Shown one piece after another: positions 1 through 16,248 of a DNA stretch of 64,000 nucleotides. Made by a program: the position numbers and the translations under genes. Source of the stretch: Neocallimastix sp. 'constans' (taxonomy: Eukaryota); NCBI GenBank assembly GCA_050613775.1, contig JBODTK010000016.1, positions 1,054,001 through 1,118,000 of the forward strand, read 5' to 3'. Position 1 is the first letter of the stretch. Each line of letters starts with the position of its first letter. Under the pieces are notes generated by a model that saw only the letters and a list, made by a program, of their open reading frames with translations, had not been told where the DNA came from and ran no database searches.

Positions 1-2005
<2,005 letters not shown>

Positions 2006-2129
2006 TATGGTAAATTATTATTATTTTTTTATGTATAATTATATAATTACTATTTACAAAAACGTTAAGTTATATGTAACTTTATATTATATTACAAACG
2101 AGTAACTTAAAAAGAAAAAGAAAAGAAAA

Positions 2130-2174
<45 letters not shown>

Positions 2175-2262
2175 TAAAAAAGAAAATAAAATAAAAAAAA
2201 ATTATGTAAAAATGATAATTTTAACAAAATTTATATATTATTATTATTATTATTATTTTATT

Positions 2263-2540
2263 TTTGTTTTTGTTTGTGTTTGTATTTTTTCGTCTTTTTT
2301 TTTTTTTTTTTTTTTTTTTGATATTTAATATTTAATATATATACATATATAATTATTTTATTCTTGTTTTTGTTTGTGTTTGTATTTTTTTGTCTTTTTT
2401 TTTTTTTTTTTTTGATATTTAATATTTAATATATATACATATATAATTATTTTATTCTTGTTTTTGTTTGTGTTTGTATTTTTTTGTCTTTTTTTTTTTT
2501 TTTTTTGATATTTAATATTTAATATATATACATATATATA
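2263..2540. repeat. Three tandem copies of a ~94-100 bp unit upstream of the CK1-like gene
   Basis: Unit TGTTTTTGTTTGTGTTTGTATTTTTT(C/T)GTC-T(n)-GATATTTAATATTTAATATATATACATATATA repeated three times, differing mainly in T-tract length. Confidence 0.9.
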
Positions 2541-3419
2541 TTATGATTATTTATTTTATTATATATATATATTTCACTTTATTAAAATTATTCTATATTT
2601 GCAAATAGGGGAACGTATTTTTAATTTTATTATTTTTATAATTTTTGATATATATTTATATTTTAAAAATATAAAATATAAAATATAAAATATAAATAGT
2701 AAATATTTATTATTATTATTTTTTCTTATTATTATATCTATTTTTTTATTTTCTTGAAATTTATTTTTTCATGATTTGTTGTTATTTTTTTTGTAACTAT
2801 TTTTTTTTTTTTTTATTTTTTAATGAATGGTATAATATAAAAATAGAAGATATATATTATATTTGTATTATTAAATAATAATATTATTATTATATAGTAT
2901 TTGAGATTAGTACTTTTAAAAATCAATTGTAAAAAAAAAAAAAAAAAAAAAGTTAATTAATCTATTATTGTATAATATACATAATTATAAATATAAAATT
3001 ATATGTGATAATTGTATATTTATATTTACAATCATTGCCAGATAATTGTAACCTATAATATATACAAGAAAACAGAACAAGACAATAGTACGTTAATTAT
3101 TATTATTATTATTAGCTTTTTATTTTTTATTTTAGCTTTGGTTTAAGTTTTTAATTCTTATTATTATAAAATTATGTAGTTTAATTATATAAAAAAGTGT
3201 ATTTAAAAGGTACTATAATTTGTTTTTTGTTTCTTTTTTTTTAATAGTATTTCAAACTTTGATATTTTTCATTGTTTTCAGTTATATTACAGGTAAAATT
3301 CTTAAATAATAAGATTTTATCTTAAAATAATATGGAAAAAAAAAAAAAAAAAAAAAAAAAAGCGTTAATAATATTTTTTTTTTGTAAAGTAACAAAGAAC
3401 AGTAATTTTCTCTAAGAGG

Positions 3420-3452
<33 letters not shown>

Positions 3453-4457
3453 AAAAGAAAGATCAATAAATCATATAAATGAATAAACTATTTATTTATT
3501 AAAATAATTACCTCTTTTTGTTTTAAATGGCTCTCATTTTCTTATGTACACAATAGTATTTTTCTTTAAAATAAAGCTATTTCTTTTAGTTTTATCTCTA
3601 AAAAAATTTTTTCCCTTATTTTAAAGTCTATATAATAAAAAAAAATTTTTTTTTCTTAATAAATTTATATTAAATATTTATATTAAAATTTTTAATAAAT
3701 AATAGTAAAAAGTTATTAACTATTAAGTTATTATTATCATAAACATGCCGTTATTTACTACAGATATATTATATTAATATATCAAATTATAATATCTCAT
3801 TTTTTACTATATGAATTCTTTATCATCAATTTAATAATATAATAATTTTTTTTAAAAATATCTTTTTTTTTTTTTTTATTTCTGAAAGTGCTAATTAATA
3901 AAATAAGTTATATGGTCATTTCAAAAATAATAAAAACATTTAAATATATAATAATAAAAGTTATTTAATTTATATATTATTTTAAATTAATGGTTGTTAT
4001 ATTTTCTTATTTAAATTCTAAGATGTTTAAAAATATAACAATTATCAAAATAAAATGAAATATAATTGAATTTATTTTTATTTATTATTTTTTAAAAAAA
4101 TTATCCATAAATAATCATTACATATATTTATAAAAGAAAAGTATATTGAAAATATTATTGATGTAAAATATTTTCATAATAATTTTTTTCTTTCTTTTTT
4201 AATATTATTTTATTTTTTTCAAACTATTTATATTATTATTTAGTTCTTTGATTTCATACTCTTTTTTTTTTTTTTTTTCTTTGTTAATTTTATTTTTTTT
4301 ATTATTTTCCTTTTTGTTTTCAAAAAGAAAAAAAATAAAAAAATTACTTTCGTAATATGTGTGCAGTATTCTTTAAATATATTTTATCAATTAGTGGACT
4401 TCTTTATTATTATTATTATTATTATTATTATTGTTATTGTTATTGTTATTGTTATTA

Positions 4458-4494
<37 letters not shown>

Positions 4495-6589
4495 ATTATT
4501 ATTATTATTATTATTATTTTAAAAAAAAAAAAATAAAAATAAAAAAATAAAATAAAATAAAATAAAAAGTATAAATACAAGAATAATATAGAATTATATA
4601 TAATAAATAATAAAAATGCACTAAAAAAGGAACAAATTAAAAATAAATAATAATAATTAAATTTTCTTTTTTGCCTTTATAATTTTTCTATTTATAATAG
4701 TATTAATAATAATAAAAAAGTTATTTAATATAAAACTGATGTTATTAAAATAATATATATATAAAGAAATTGTTTTACACAATTTTTAACAAATGACTTT
4801 ATCTTATTATTATTATTAAATTCATTGATATATATAGTAATAATTATCTTACATTAACATATATATATTTTTTTCTATTAACGTTGTAAATAAAGAGTAA
4901 ACTTTTATAAAAAAAATAATAATAATAAATAAATAAATAAATTAAATAGATAAATAGATAAAACTGAACCTGACAACAATAAAAATATTATTTTAATAAA
5001 AAAGTAAACTTTTTTTTTTTAAAAAAAAATAATAATAATTTTCTAAATAAAATAAAATAAAAAATATATGAATTTTTAATTAAATTATTAAATAAAATAA
5101 AATAAATTAATATATTATAATAATTTAGTTTTAAAGTTTATTTACATTGATAAAATTTAATTTACCTTTTTTGTATATTATTACTTCAATAAATTTTTAA
5201 AATTTTCAAACATAATCATATTTAATTTTAAATGATAGCTATATCATTTATTATAATTTTTTAATAACATTTTAGTATATAAAAAATGGACTGAAATAAG
5301 AACATTTGTATATATACTATTTTTTTTTAAACTTAGTTTTATATATATCATTATAATAATTAATATCAACTTTAATTTGCTTTTTTATTAAATTAATATA
5401 TATATATATATTAATATATATATTTATCATAAGTTTTTAAAAAATATGTTTAAAAGAACCATTAGTAAACTAATATGTCTTTAAAATAAAATGTACATAC
5501 CAATTAGAAAACTAATTAAAGTTAATAGAAGATAGTTTAAAATTATCATTAAAATCTTCTAATAATACCAAATATATGTTTTAATTTCTATAGTCATGTC
5601 ATTTTAATTATATAAATAAAATGATATGATTATTGAAATTAAAATAATTTTTATTTTCAAATATATCATTTTTTTTATATAAAATCTTTAAATTTGACTC
5701 GATACTAAAAATATATAAATATGATTTGTTTTATTATAATCTTATTTTCTTTTATTTAATTTAATAATAAAAACGTCATTCAAACAAAGAAATGTTAATA
5801 ATATGAAAACTTTAAACCATGTCATTTCATAGTCTATTCAAGATCAAAGTAATAATAATAATTTCTATTATTTCATATTTTATTATATATTGAAATTTAG
5901 TTTATCATACCACTACCATACTAATAAATAATATATAATTATTAAAATAATTAAATTATATTTGTTCGATTATATCTTAAAATTTTCATATATCCTATCC
6001 TCATTATTTTTTAATTTAATATTTTTATATAACCTTTTATAACAACAATATTGTATATTAGTTATTTCAATTATCAACATTTTTAATATATATATATATT
6101 GTAAAACTAATAAATAATGTTATTAGTTTTACAAAATTATAAAAAACTTATTAAATATCATATATATATAAAAAAAAAAATTAATAATAATAATAATGCA
6201 AATATAATATTAGATTTATTATTTTTTGAATATAAGAACTATTAATTTTTAGATAAAAAATAGTATAATGGCCATTTCCATCTTTTGTTTTTATAAAAAA
6301 ATAAAATATTTTTAGGAAAAAAAAATAGATAATATTACTAATATTTATAATATTTATAATAATCAATTATAATACTATAATTATTCATATGATTTATTAC
6401 AATTTTTTATAAAAAAAATATTATTATTATTATTATGATGATGTTATTGTTAAAAAGAATATCAATAGATTAAATATTTAAACTTATTTATAAACAAATT
6501 TAAAATATTTTTAACATTTTAAACATTTTAAAATAAAAATTCCAATTTTTTCATATGTACTTAAAATTGAACCTTAATTTTATTTACAT

Positions 6590-7285
6590 ATTTATTTATT
6601 ATTTATTATTTATTATTTATTCATTAATTATTTTCTTATTTATTTATTATTTATTATTTATTATTTATTATTTATTATTTATTATTTATTATTTATTATT
6701 TATTTATTTATTTATTATATATTTATTATTTATTATTTATTATTTGTTATTTATTATTTATTATTTATTATTTGTTATTTTTATTTGTTATTTATTATTT
6801 ATTATTTATTATTTATTATTTATTATTTATTATTTATTATTTATTATTTATTATTTATTATTTATTATTTATTATTTATTATTTATTATTTATTATTTAT
6901 TATTTATTATTTATTATTTATTATTTATTATTTATTATTTATTATTTATTATTTATTATTTATTATTATTAGTTTTTATTATTTATTATTTATTATTTAT
7001 TATTTATTATTTATTATTTATTATTTATTATTTATTATTTATTATTTATTATTATTAGTTTTTATTATTTATTATTTATTATTTATTATTTATTATTTAT
7101 TATTTATTATTTATTATTTATTATTTATTATTTATTATTTATTATTTATTATTTATTATTTATTATTATTAGTTTTTATTATTTATTATTTATTATTTAT
7201 TATTTATTATTTATTATTTATTATTATTAGTTTTTATTATTTATTATTTATTATTTATTATTTATTATTTATTATTTATTATTCA
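6590..7285. repeat. Heptamer satellite (TTTATTA)n with ATTAGTTT interruptions
   Basis: Read directly. It generates the spurious IIYYLLF ORFs. Confidence 0.95.
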
Positions 7286-8432
7286 TTTACTTAATAATAT
7301 TTATTTAATATTCATTTATTTATGATTTATTTATTAACGTTTATTCATTTTATTTTATATATATATATATATATAATTATAAGTCATGTAGTTAATATTA
7401 AAATATATTTAAAATGTTATGAATTCTTCATTTATTTTTATCAAGTTCACATAAAAATTTTAATAATACCAGTGATAATAAATCAAATAATAATGTTTTT
7501 TTTTTTTTTTAATAGAATTAAACATTATATAATATTTAATATCAATAAATATGCTATGATTATTCTTTAAAATAATAATTATCAAATTTTAATATTTAAA
7601 AAAATTCGATTAACTTTTTTTTTATGAAATTTCAATAATAATAGTTAATATTTATAAAATCTAACAAATTATATAAAATTAGAATTTGTAAATTAAACAT
7701 TGTAAGACAATTTATAAATTTGATAGTATTTTACATATTTGAAATTTTTTATAATAAAAAGTTTTGAAAGAAAATTCTTCAAAGAATAATAAATGATTAA
7801 TTGTGCTACAAATTAAAAAAAAAATATTCCGATCCAAAAATTATCCTTCCAAATAATTAAATTGCTAAGAGAAATTTTTTTATTTTTTTATTTTTTTTTT
7901 TTTTTTTTTTGATATAATCTTTCTAAAAAGAAAAAAAAAATAATAATAAATATAATAAAATATTTTTAATTTAAAAAAAAAAAAAAAAAAAAAGGAAATT
8001 GAAGAAATTGAAATTAACAAAATTTAATATTATTAATATTTTAACAAAAAATGTTCTCTTTTTTTTTTTTTTTGATTAATCTTATACGTTTATTTATTTA
8101 TCTATATATTATTATTATTTTAAAATTTTTTATTAATGAATTTACTTTTAAAATAATATATGCAAAAATATATTATTCATAATTTGTCATAGTAATAAAA
8201 GTAATAATAATAATTAGTGCATATATATATATAATCATTTGTTTAAACTTTCTATAAATGCTTTCCATTCCAATGTAAATAATCATTTTACAAATTTTAT
8301 TATTATTACCATATTATAAAGACATAATATGAAAATTTTTAACTGATAAAATTATGAGTATATATTACTTCATTTATTTTATTCATTTATTTATTATTTA
8401 GTTATTTATATTTATTAGAAATTTAGTCATAA

Positions 8433-8530
<98 letters not shown>

Positions 8531-8770
8531 TTAATATTTTTAATAAATTAAACATTTTGAGATATAATCAATTTTTTTTACTATTAATTATATAATAATT
8601 ATATAATTATATAAATAATATAGAAATATTTTTAACATATATTATTTATATTTCCATAAATTTTCTTTCCAAATACATTCTGAATATAAAAAATCATTTA
8701 AATAATAGTTTGTATATATATTGCATTGCATTAATTTTTAGTATTGCATGTTTCATATTATATCCAATTA

Positions 8771-8834
8771 TTTATATTAATCGTTTGAGTAACAAAAAAA
8801 AATTTTTTTTTGTTACTCAAACGTTTATATTAAT
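8771..8834. repeat. Perfect 42-bp palindrome flanked by an 11-bp direct repeat
   Basis: 8782-8823 is CGTTTGAGTAAC-A9-T9-GTTACTCAAACG. TTTATATTAAT lies at 8771-8781 and 8824-8834. Confidence 0.95.
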
Positions 8835-10622
8835 ATTATAAAATACTTATTGCAATATTGTGTAACCAAAAACCGAGCAATTTTAATAATTTTATATATT
8901 GAATTGATAAATTATTTCAATGAAATATTAATAAATAATATTAATAAGGTTTATAATATTTATTTTATAATTTTATATGCTTAAACTTTATTAGCATGTA
9001 ATTTTTAATTGAAAAGAAATAAATTTAATCTTAAAAAATAATAAATTATATATAAAAAAATGAAATTTTAATATTAAATACTATAAATTTTGGAAATTTA
9101 GATTTTTTCATATATTATTAAATAATTATAATACTAATAAATTTTTATATTGACTAATGAATAAAAAAAAATTTAAAAATTTCAATAAAGATAACATTAT
9201 GTATATACATCTAATTTTATTAGAAAAATAACTTATACACAATCTAAAAATATCTTATTAATATGAATAAGGAGCATTTTATATATATATATATCAAGGA
9301 GTTATGGTAAATAGTTTAAATTATAATTTTCATTTTATCAAATTTGTATTTTTTTATATTTTACTACACAATATGAAAGTATATATTATATAATATTGAT
9401 TATTAATATTATTAATTGTATTTTGATTTTATTATAATAAAGCTATCATATTTTAAAATTAATAATCTAAAAAGTATCTTTCATACTTTTAATAATATAT
9501 TCCTTAAATATAAAGCCTAAAAAAATAAAAAATAAAAAATAAAAATAAAAATATAATTATAATTATTATTTATTCAATTTATCATTTATTGAATGATATA
9601 TATTACTTTATTAAAAGATAATATATTACATAATATATATTACTATTTATATATTATAATTTAATTAGATATTTTCAATATAAAATGTTATAAAATAAAG
9701 AGTTATTAAAAAACGACATAAATAAAATTATCTATAATATATAAATATATTTACTATTAAAAAATTTTTATATATGGATAATATATATAATATAATTTAT
9801 TAAAATTAAGTAATATATTAATATATTTTCCTATTGATTTAATTTATTTGCTGTAATACTATTTATTTTTGTAAAATATAAAAGATAAATATAATAACAT
9901 ATTGTGGCTTATGATAATTGATGTGTTAATGTATTAATAAATAAAAATAATTTGCTATAATAAAATTATACACACAAAAATTTAATAATCATTTAATAAA
10001 AAAAAAAAAAAGTGACACAATTGAAAATGACTATTTTTATAATAAAAAAAAAAATATATATATATATATACACTAAATATATTATCACTCATTAATTTCT
10101 TTAGAATGATATATTACAATATAATAGAATTACTCTATAATATACAATATTCTATTATTATTTGTTTACTAATATAAAAAAATATATATATATTTAAATA
10201 ATATATCATAAATAATATTAAAAAAATTTTAAAATGTATAATTAACAAATTATTAATTTATTATTTATTATTTATTACTTATTATTATCATTATCATTAT
10301 AATTATTATTATTTTAATAATTTTCTTCCTTTATCATTGTTAAATTTTCTTCTTAACACAAAAATAAAAATTAAATAGTAAATTCTAAATTTTATTTTTT
10401 TCTTTTAATCAATCTTTATTTTAAGAGATTTTGTATATAAAAGAAAAAAAAATTAATAAGAGTTTTTTCAATATTTATTAATTAAATAAAAAAGTTTAAA
10501 TAAATATAATACTATATTAGTATTATAAATATTTAATATTTTATGTAAATATTTTCAATCATCTTTTAATCTTTTGTTTTTCATTAATTTTCTTTCTTTA
10601 AAAAAGCAATATCAACCATAAA

Positions 10623-10656
<34 letters not shown>

Positions 10657-10757
10657 TATAAAAAAGCTATTTCTCTTATAAAGTAATTATATATATTCAA
10701 TAAAAAGAAACTGTATATTTTCAATTAATAATCTTTTTTATTAGAATTCATTTTAAA

Positions 10758-10802
<45 letters not shown>

Positions 10803-10986
10803 GTATTTATATTTTTGGTTAATTTAATAATATTAAAAATATCTAATGATTAAAATTGTTTTTTAATTTTATATATATATATCAACTATATAATATATAA
10901 CTCTATATAAAAATAATAATAAAAATAATAATAATAATTAAAAAAATAAATAAATAAATAAAACATTTTTTTAAACTACTTAGAAA

Positions 10987-11708
10987 ATGGTTACCATTGA
11001 ATTAAACAATCTCGACAATTTAGATTCCTCTGATATTAAAATCGGGGTTAAAGCTTTAATCGAAGAACTTCAAAAAATTCAAGAAGATAACAAAGAATTA
11101 GTCGAAGAAATCGAAAAGTTACAAGAAGATAACAAAGAAGTAATTTGAATTTAAAATTTCTAAATAATATATTAAAAAAAATGAAATGAATAATATCAAA
11201 AATAAGCACAATAATATTTATCTTTTATATGTTTAAATATATATATATATATATGTATTAAATAATAATAGCTTGCTGATTATCAAGTAATGGCAAACAA
11301 AGAAATTGAAAAATTAGAAGATGAGACTGAAATTTTAAAGGACAAAATCGCTATATACAAATCTGTAAATATGTTTATAATTAATGAATAAAAATAATTT
11401 AAAACTGTTATTTCTTTTTTAAATATATATAATTATAACATTAACTATTAAAATTATTAAAATATGTAATAAAATTAAAATTATTACTACTTAAAAAGAA
11501 ATTCAACAATTCTGAAGATGAAATAATGAAACAAAGAGATAATTACGCCAAATTAGAATTAAAATATTCTAATCAAAAAGATGATATTGATAGTCTTATT
11601 AAAGAGAATAATCACTTAAATAGAGTTAAGGAAGATTTAGAAGAAAAAATTGATAAACTTGTAATTATTGACAATTAATTTTGTATTTAAAATAAAATAA
11701 TAATAATA

Positions 11709-11754
<46 letters not shown>

Positions 11755-12817
11755 TATACATTAATAATAACAAATAATATAAAACAATTATAATTTAAAA
11801 ATAGAACAAAAATATGACTAATCAACAAAAAGAATGGTTAAATAAAGAAAGAAACTTATTATCTGACATTCGCGAATCCAAATCAGATAACAGAGGTAAA
11901 TAAATAAATAGAAAATTAATTATATATTTAACTAAATTTTTATCTTTAAATAATAATTATAATAATAATTAATTTTTAATTATAAATATAATATATATAA
12001 TATTATATTATATATTGTATTGTATTGTATTTTAAAAATATACTAGAACTTAAAAGAAAAAGTTTATTCTTAGATATGCAACTTCAAGAAGCTATTTCTG
12101 AATTACCAGAAAAATCAGACATTACTGGTTTAAAGAGTAGAATTAACAAACATGAAAAAACTATTAATGATTTAAATGATGAACTTGATATTGTAATTTT
12201 TTTTAAATAAAAAAAATATATACATACATATTATATTGGTATATAAAATTCATAGAAAATAAATTATATTAATAATTGATATATATAATATTATTATAAT
12301 AATAATTAAAGGCTAAGAATCTAATTGAACAAAAAGATGATAAAGAAAAGGAATTATCCAATGAAATAAGTTCATTAAAAGCTCTTATTAAAGAATTAGA
12401 AGAATCTAATAATAATTTAACCGAAGAAAATGAATCATACCAAATTCTTTTACAGGAAAAAACACTTTCTGGTGAACTTATGCAATATCCAATTTTACAA
12501 GTAAATTTTACTAATAAACTAATAAAATTGATAATTATTATATTTTTTAATATTATAAAAATTTAAAAAAAAAAATAAAAAATAAAAATAAAAATAAAAT
12601 ATATATATATATATACTAATTAATAATTATCTTATTCAACATAATTATTAAAGGCTTTTGATAAAGTTACTGATTCTGATCTTTCAGTTAATGAATCTAC
12701 TATTAGTGAACAATCCAAAGATGCTACTTTATGTGATGAATTATCAAATGTTCAGAACTTAAGTGTCTTTGATAAAGACCCAAAGATTGTTAAATATGAA
12801 AATGAAATTAAAAGTAA

Positions 12818-12868
<51 letters not shown>

Positions 12869-13154
12869 ATTTTTATTCAAACAATGTATATAATTCGAAA
12901 TACCAATAAATTTTATTATTTTATTATTATTTTTATTATTATAATTTAATAATATAGAGGTAAAAGAGGAAAATAAGGCTTTAATTGTATTCGTTAGAAA
13001 TGTTATTCAAAAAATGATGAGTGATCCACATCTTGAAGAAGTGGAAGACTCATCTCGTGTTGGACATCGTCCAATACCACCAAAGCCAACAAAGCATAGT
13101 CGTAGTCAATCTATTTCATATTTAACTAAACCGTTTTCTTTCTTCTCACATTAA
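10987..13154 (+). CDS. Long coiled-coil protein, 8 exons, conserved-looking EENESYQILLQEKTLSG motif, possible C-terminal Rab11-FIP-like helix
   Basis: Exons approx. 10987-11139, 11272-11364, 11499-11660, 11805-11895, 12047-12192, 12312-12500, 12654-12813, 12958-13154 splice GT-AG into one frame: MVTIELNNLD...heptad-rich E/K/L...KPFSFFSH*. Confidence 0.8.
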
Positions 13155-14732
13155 ACATTATATATTGAAAGAAAAAAAATTTTTTTTTTTTTTTTTTAAC
13201 AAAATAATAAAGCACTAATATCAAATCTAATAAACTATCAAAATGTTAATCCTATACTATCAGTAAAAAATAATAATGCAAATAATATAATCAATAAATG
13301 ATCTGCATATTAATTTAATACAAAATAAATATAAATCATTATTAAATTCAAAGCTTTTAATATATAGTAATATATAGTAAAAGAGTAAAAGAGAAATGAA
13401 AAAAAAGAAAAAAAGAAAAAGAAAAAAAAAAAAAAAGAGAAAAATGAATAAAAGTAAAAATAATGAATAAATAAAATATAGAATGAATATAATATATATA
13501 ATTTATATATTATTTTTACTATTTTTTAAAAAAAAATAGTAAAAATATATTATTTATATATATATAAATAATAAGAATAATAAGCAGATATTTATATATA
13601 TTATTTATTTTTATAATGTATATAAACTTTATATATAGTTTATTATATATAGTTTATTATTATAAAAAAAAATAATAAGAAAAGAAAAGAAAAGAAAGAA
13701 AAAAAAATAAAAAATAAGAAAGAAAATTACCTTTTAAAAAAGAAGAAAAAGAAAAAGAAATTTAAATTATAGAGAAAAAGAATATATAAAATATAGAATT
13801 ATAAAATTAATATTAAAATAATAATATAATTTCACAATTATTTTTATTATTTAAAACAATTATAATTCTTTATTTTATTTTATTTTTTTTTTTTTTTTTT
13901 ATTTCTTTAAATTTATTTTTCTTTTATTATTATTATTATTATTATTATTATAACTTTATTATAAAAATTATATATAAAAAATTTTATTTTAAAATAAATT
14001 GAAATTATTATTAAATATCATATTGGATTTCAAATATATATATTTCAAATATATAAAAAATATATATATTATATATAAAAGAAAAGAAAAGAAAAAAAGT
14101 AATTCAAATAATAATAATAATTAATAATAATTCTCTAATAATTCATTCTAAATACAGAGATAAAGTTAGTAAATTTTATTTTTTTTTTATTATTTCATAA
14201 AACTTTTTTTAAATGTATTATTTTGAATTATTAAAAAAAATATATATATATATATAAATATAAAAAAAAATTATAAAAAAAAAAAAATAAGAAAAATTAA
14301 AAAGAAAAATTAAAAGGAAAAATTATTAAAAAAAAATTATAAAAAGAAATTATAAAAAAATATATATAATAAAAATAATAAAAATATAAATATATATATA
14401 TATATACAATAAAAATTATAATAAAAATAAAAAAAAAAAATAAATAAAAATAAAAATAAAAATAAAAATAAAAAAATCTTCTTTTTTTTTTAAAAAAAAA
14501 ACTTTTTTCTTTGTAAATTTTATATCATACTTAATTCCTTATCAAAAAAATATATATATATAATTAAAGATATGTGTAATAAAATATTAATAATAAAATG
14601 ATATCTAATTATAAATATCATAACAAAAAAAAAAAAAAAAAAATTATTTTTATAATTATTTATTAATATATTTATTTATTTATTTATTTATTTTATGTTT
14701 GTTTGTTTGTTTTGTTTTGTTTTGTTTAAATT

Positions 14733-15492
14733 TTAAATTAATATTGTCACTTCGGTTGGATCTATTTCAACATTAAATATATCGCCTTCAATTAAAGCAA
14801 CTGAAAATTGTTTAATTGGTACTTGAGCATTAATCTTTAAAACAGCGCTATCCGGTACTTCAGGTTCGTCTAATTTTTCATCTTCAGTTCCAGAATTTGT
14901 AATATCCCTTATTTTTTTTTTTTTTTTTTAAAAAAAAATAATAATAATAATAATAATATATATTAATAATAATATATAATAAAAATAAAAATATAAAAAA
15001 AAAAAAAAAAAAAAAATTGAAATAAATATATTGAAATAAAATATAAAAAATAAATGAATAAATAATAAATTAATATAAAAAAAAAATAATAATAATAATA
15101 ATAATTAAAATAAAAATAAAACTTACTTATAGGCAACAACATGAGTTGGCATACATTTACGACGAGCAAATGGATCGAAATCATCTCTACCTAATTTCTT
15201 TCTTTCTTGTGCAGCTTGAATTTCAGCCTTTCTATTTTCAATTATATTCATTCTTCTATTTCTTTCATTTAATTTAGTCCAATCGTTCAATTTATCATCA
15301 ATTAATCTTGATTTTTCATCTTTCAGACTAATTAACTTATCTATCTTATTATTAATAAGTTCTACTTCCTTTTCATCACCTAATTCTTCAGCCTTTTCTT
15401 TTTCTAATATTAAAGTAGCTTTTTCTCTAGCAAAGTTTAATGGTACATTTGATAATTGTCTCTTTTCTTCGACCATTTCACTAATTTCTTCC

Positions 15493-15543
<51 letters not shown>

Positions 15544-16217
15544 AATTATTATTATATTAAATTGTATTATGATAATTTAATAAAAATGAGAAGAGAAAAA
15601 AAAAATGTTATAAAAATTATTCATAAAAATAATAAATTATAATTAAATTCAATATTTATATACATAATATTAATAATAATAATCATAAAATAATATTAAA
15701 CAAAAATATATATATATATATATATATAAGAGTAATAATAATTAATTTTTTTGTAATACCCCTGTAAGCTTATGTTCACGAGCTTCTTTAATTTGTTGTT
15801 GCTTTTCCTTAATAAATTCTTTTGTTGGAAGTTGTTGTTGTTCATTTTTCATAACAGCTAAATAACGATTATATTCTTGCTATAATATTTCATTTAATAA
15901 TAATTATTAATTATATATTAAAAATTATAAACAGTTTAAAATAAAATTTTTAAATAATATCTTATTATTAGTTATTTATAATTAACAATTAATAAAAATA
16001 AAAATAAAAATAAAAATAATAGAGATTGACTATTTAAACAATTGTTATTATACATATTAAATTATATTATACCTCTGTAAATGGACCGTTTGATATAATA
16101 TCCATACCAAATCTCTTTTTTGCTTTACCATGTTCCAAAATTAAAGCCTTTTTTATATTAGTTTTATTAATTTTATATACTCTATGATAATCAACAACAT
16201 CTTTTAAAAAAAATAAA

Positions 16218-16248
<31 letters not shown>

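Noticed and set aside
6555..7294. ORFs of 66-169 aa rich in IIYYLLF
   Set aside because: Translations of the stop-free heptamer satellite.
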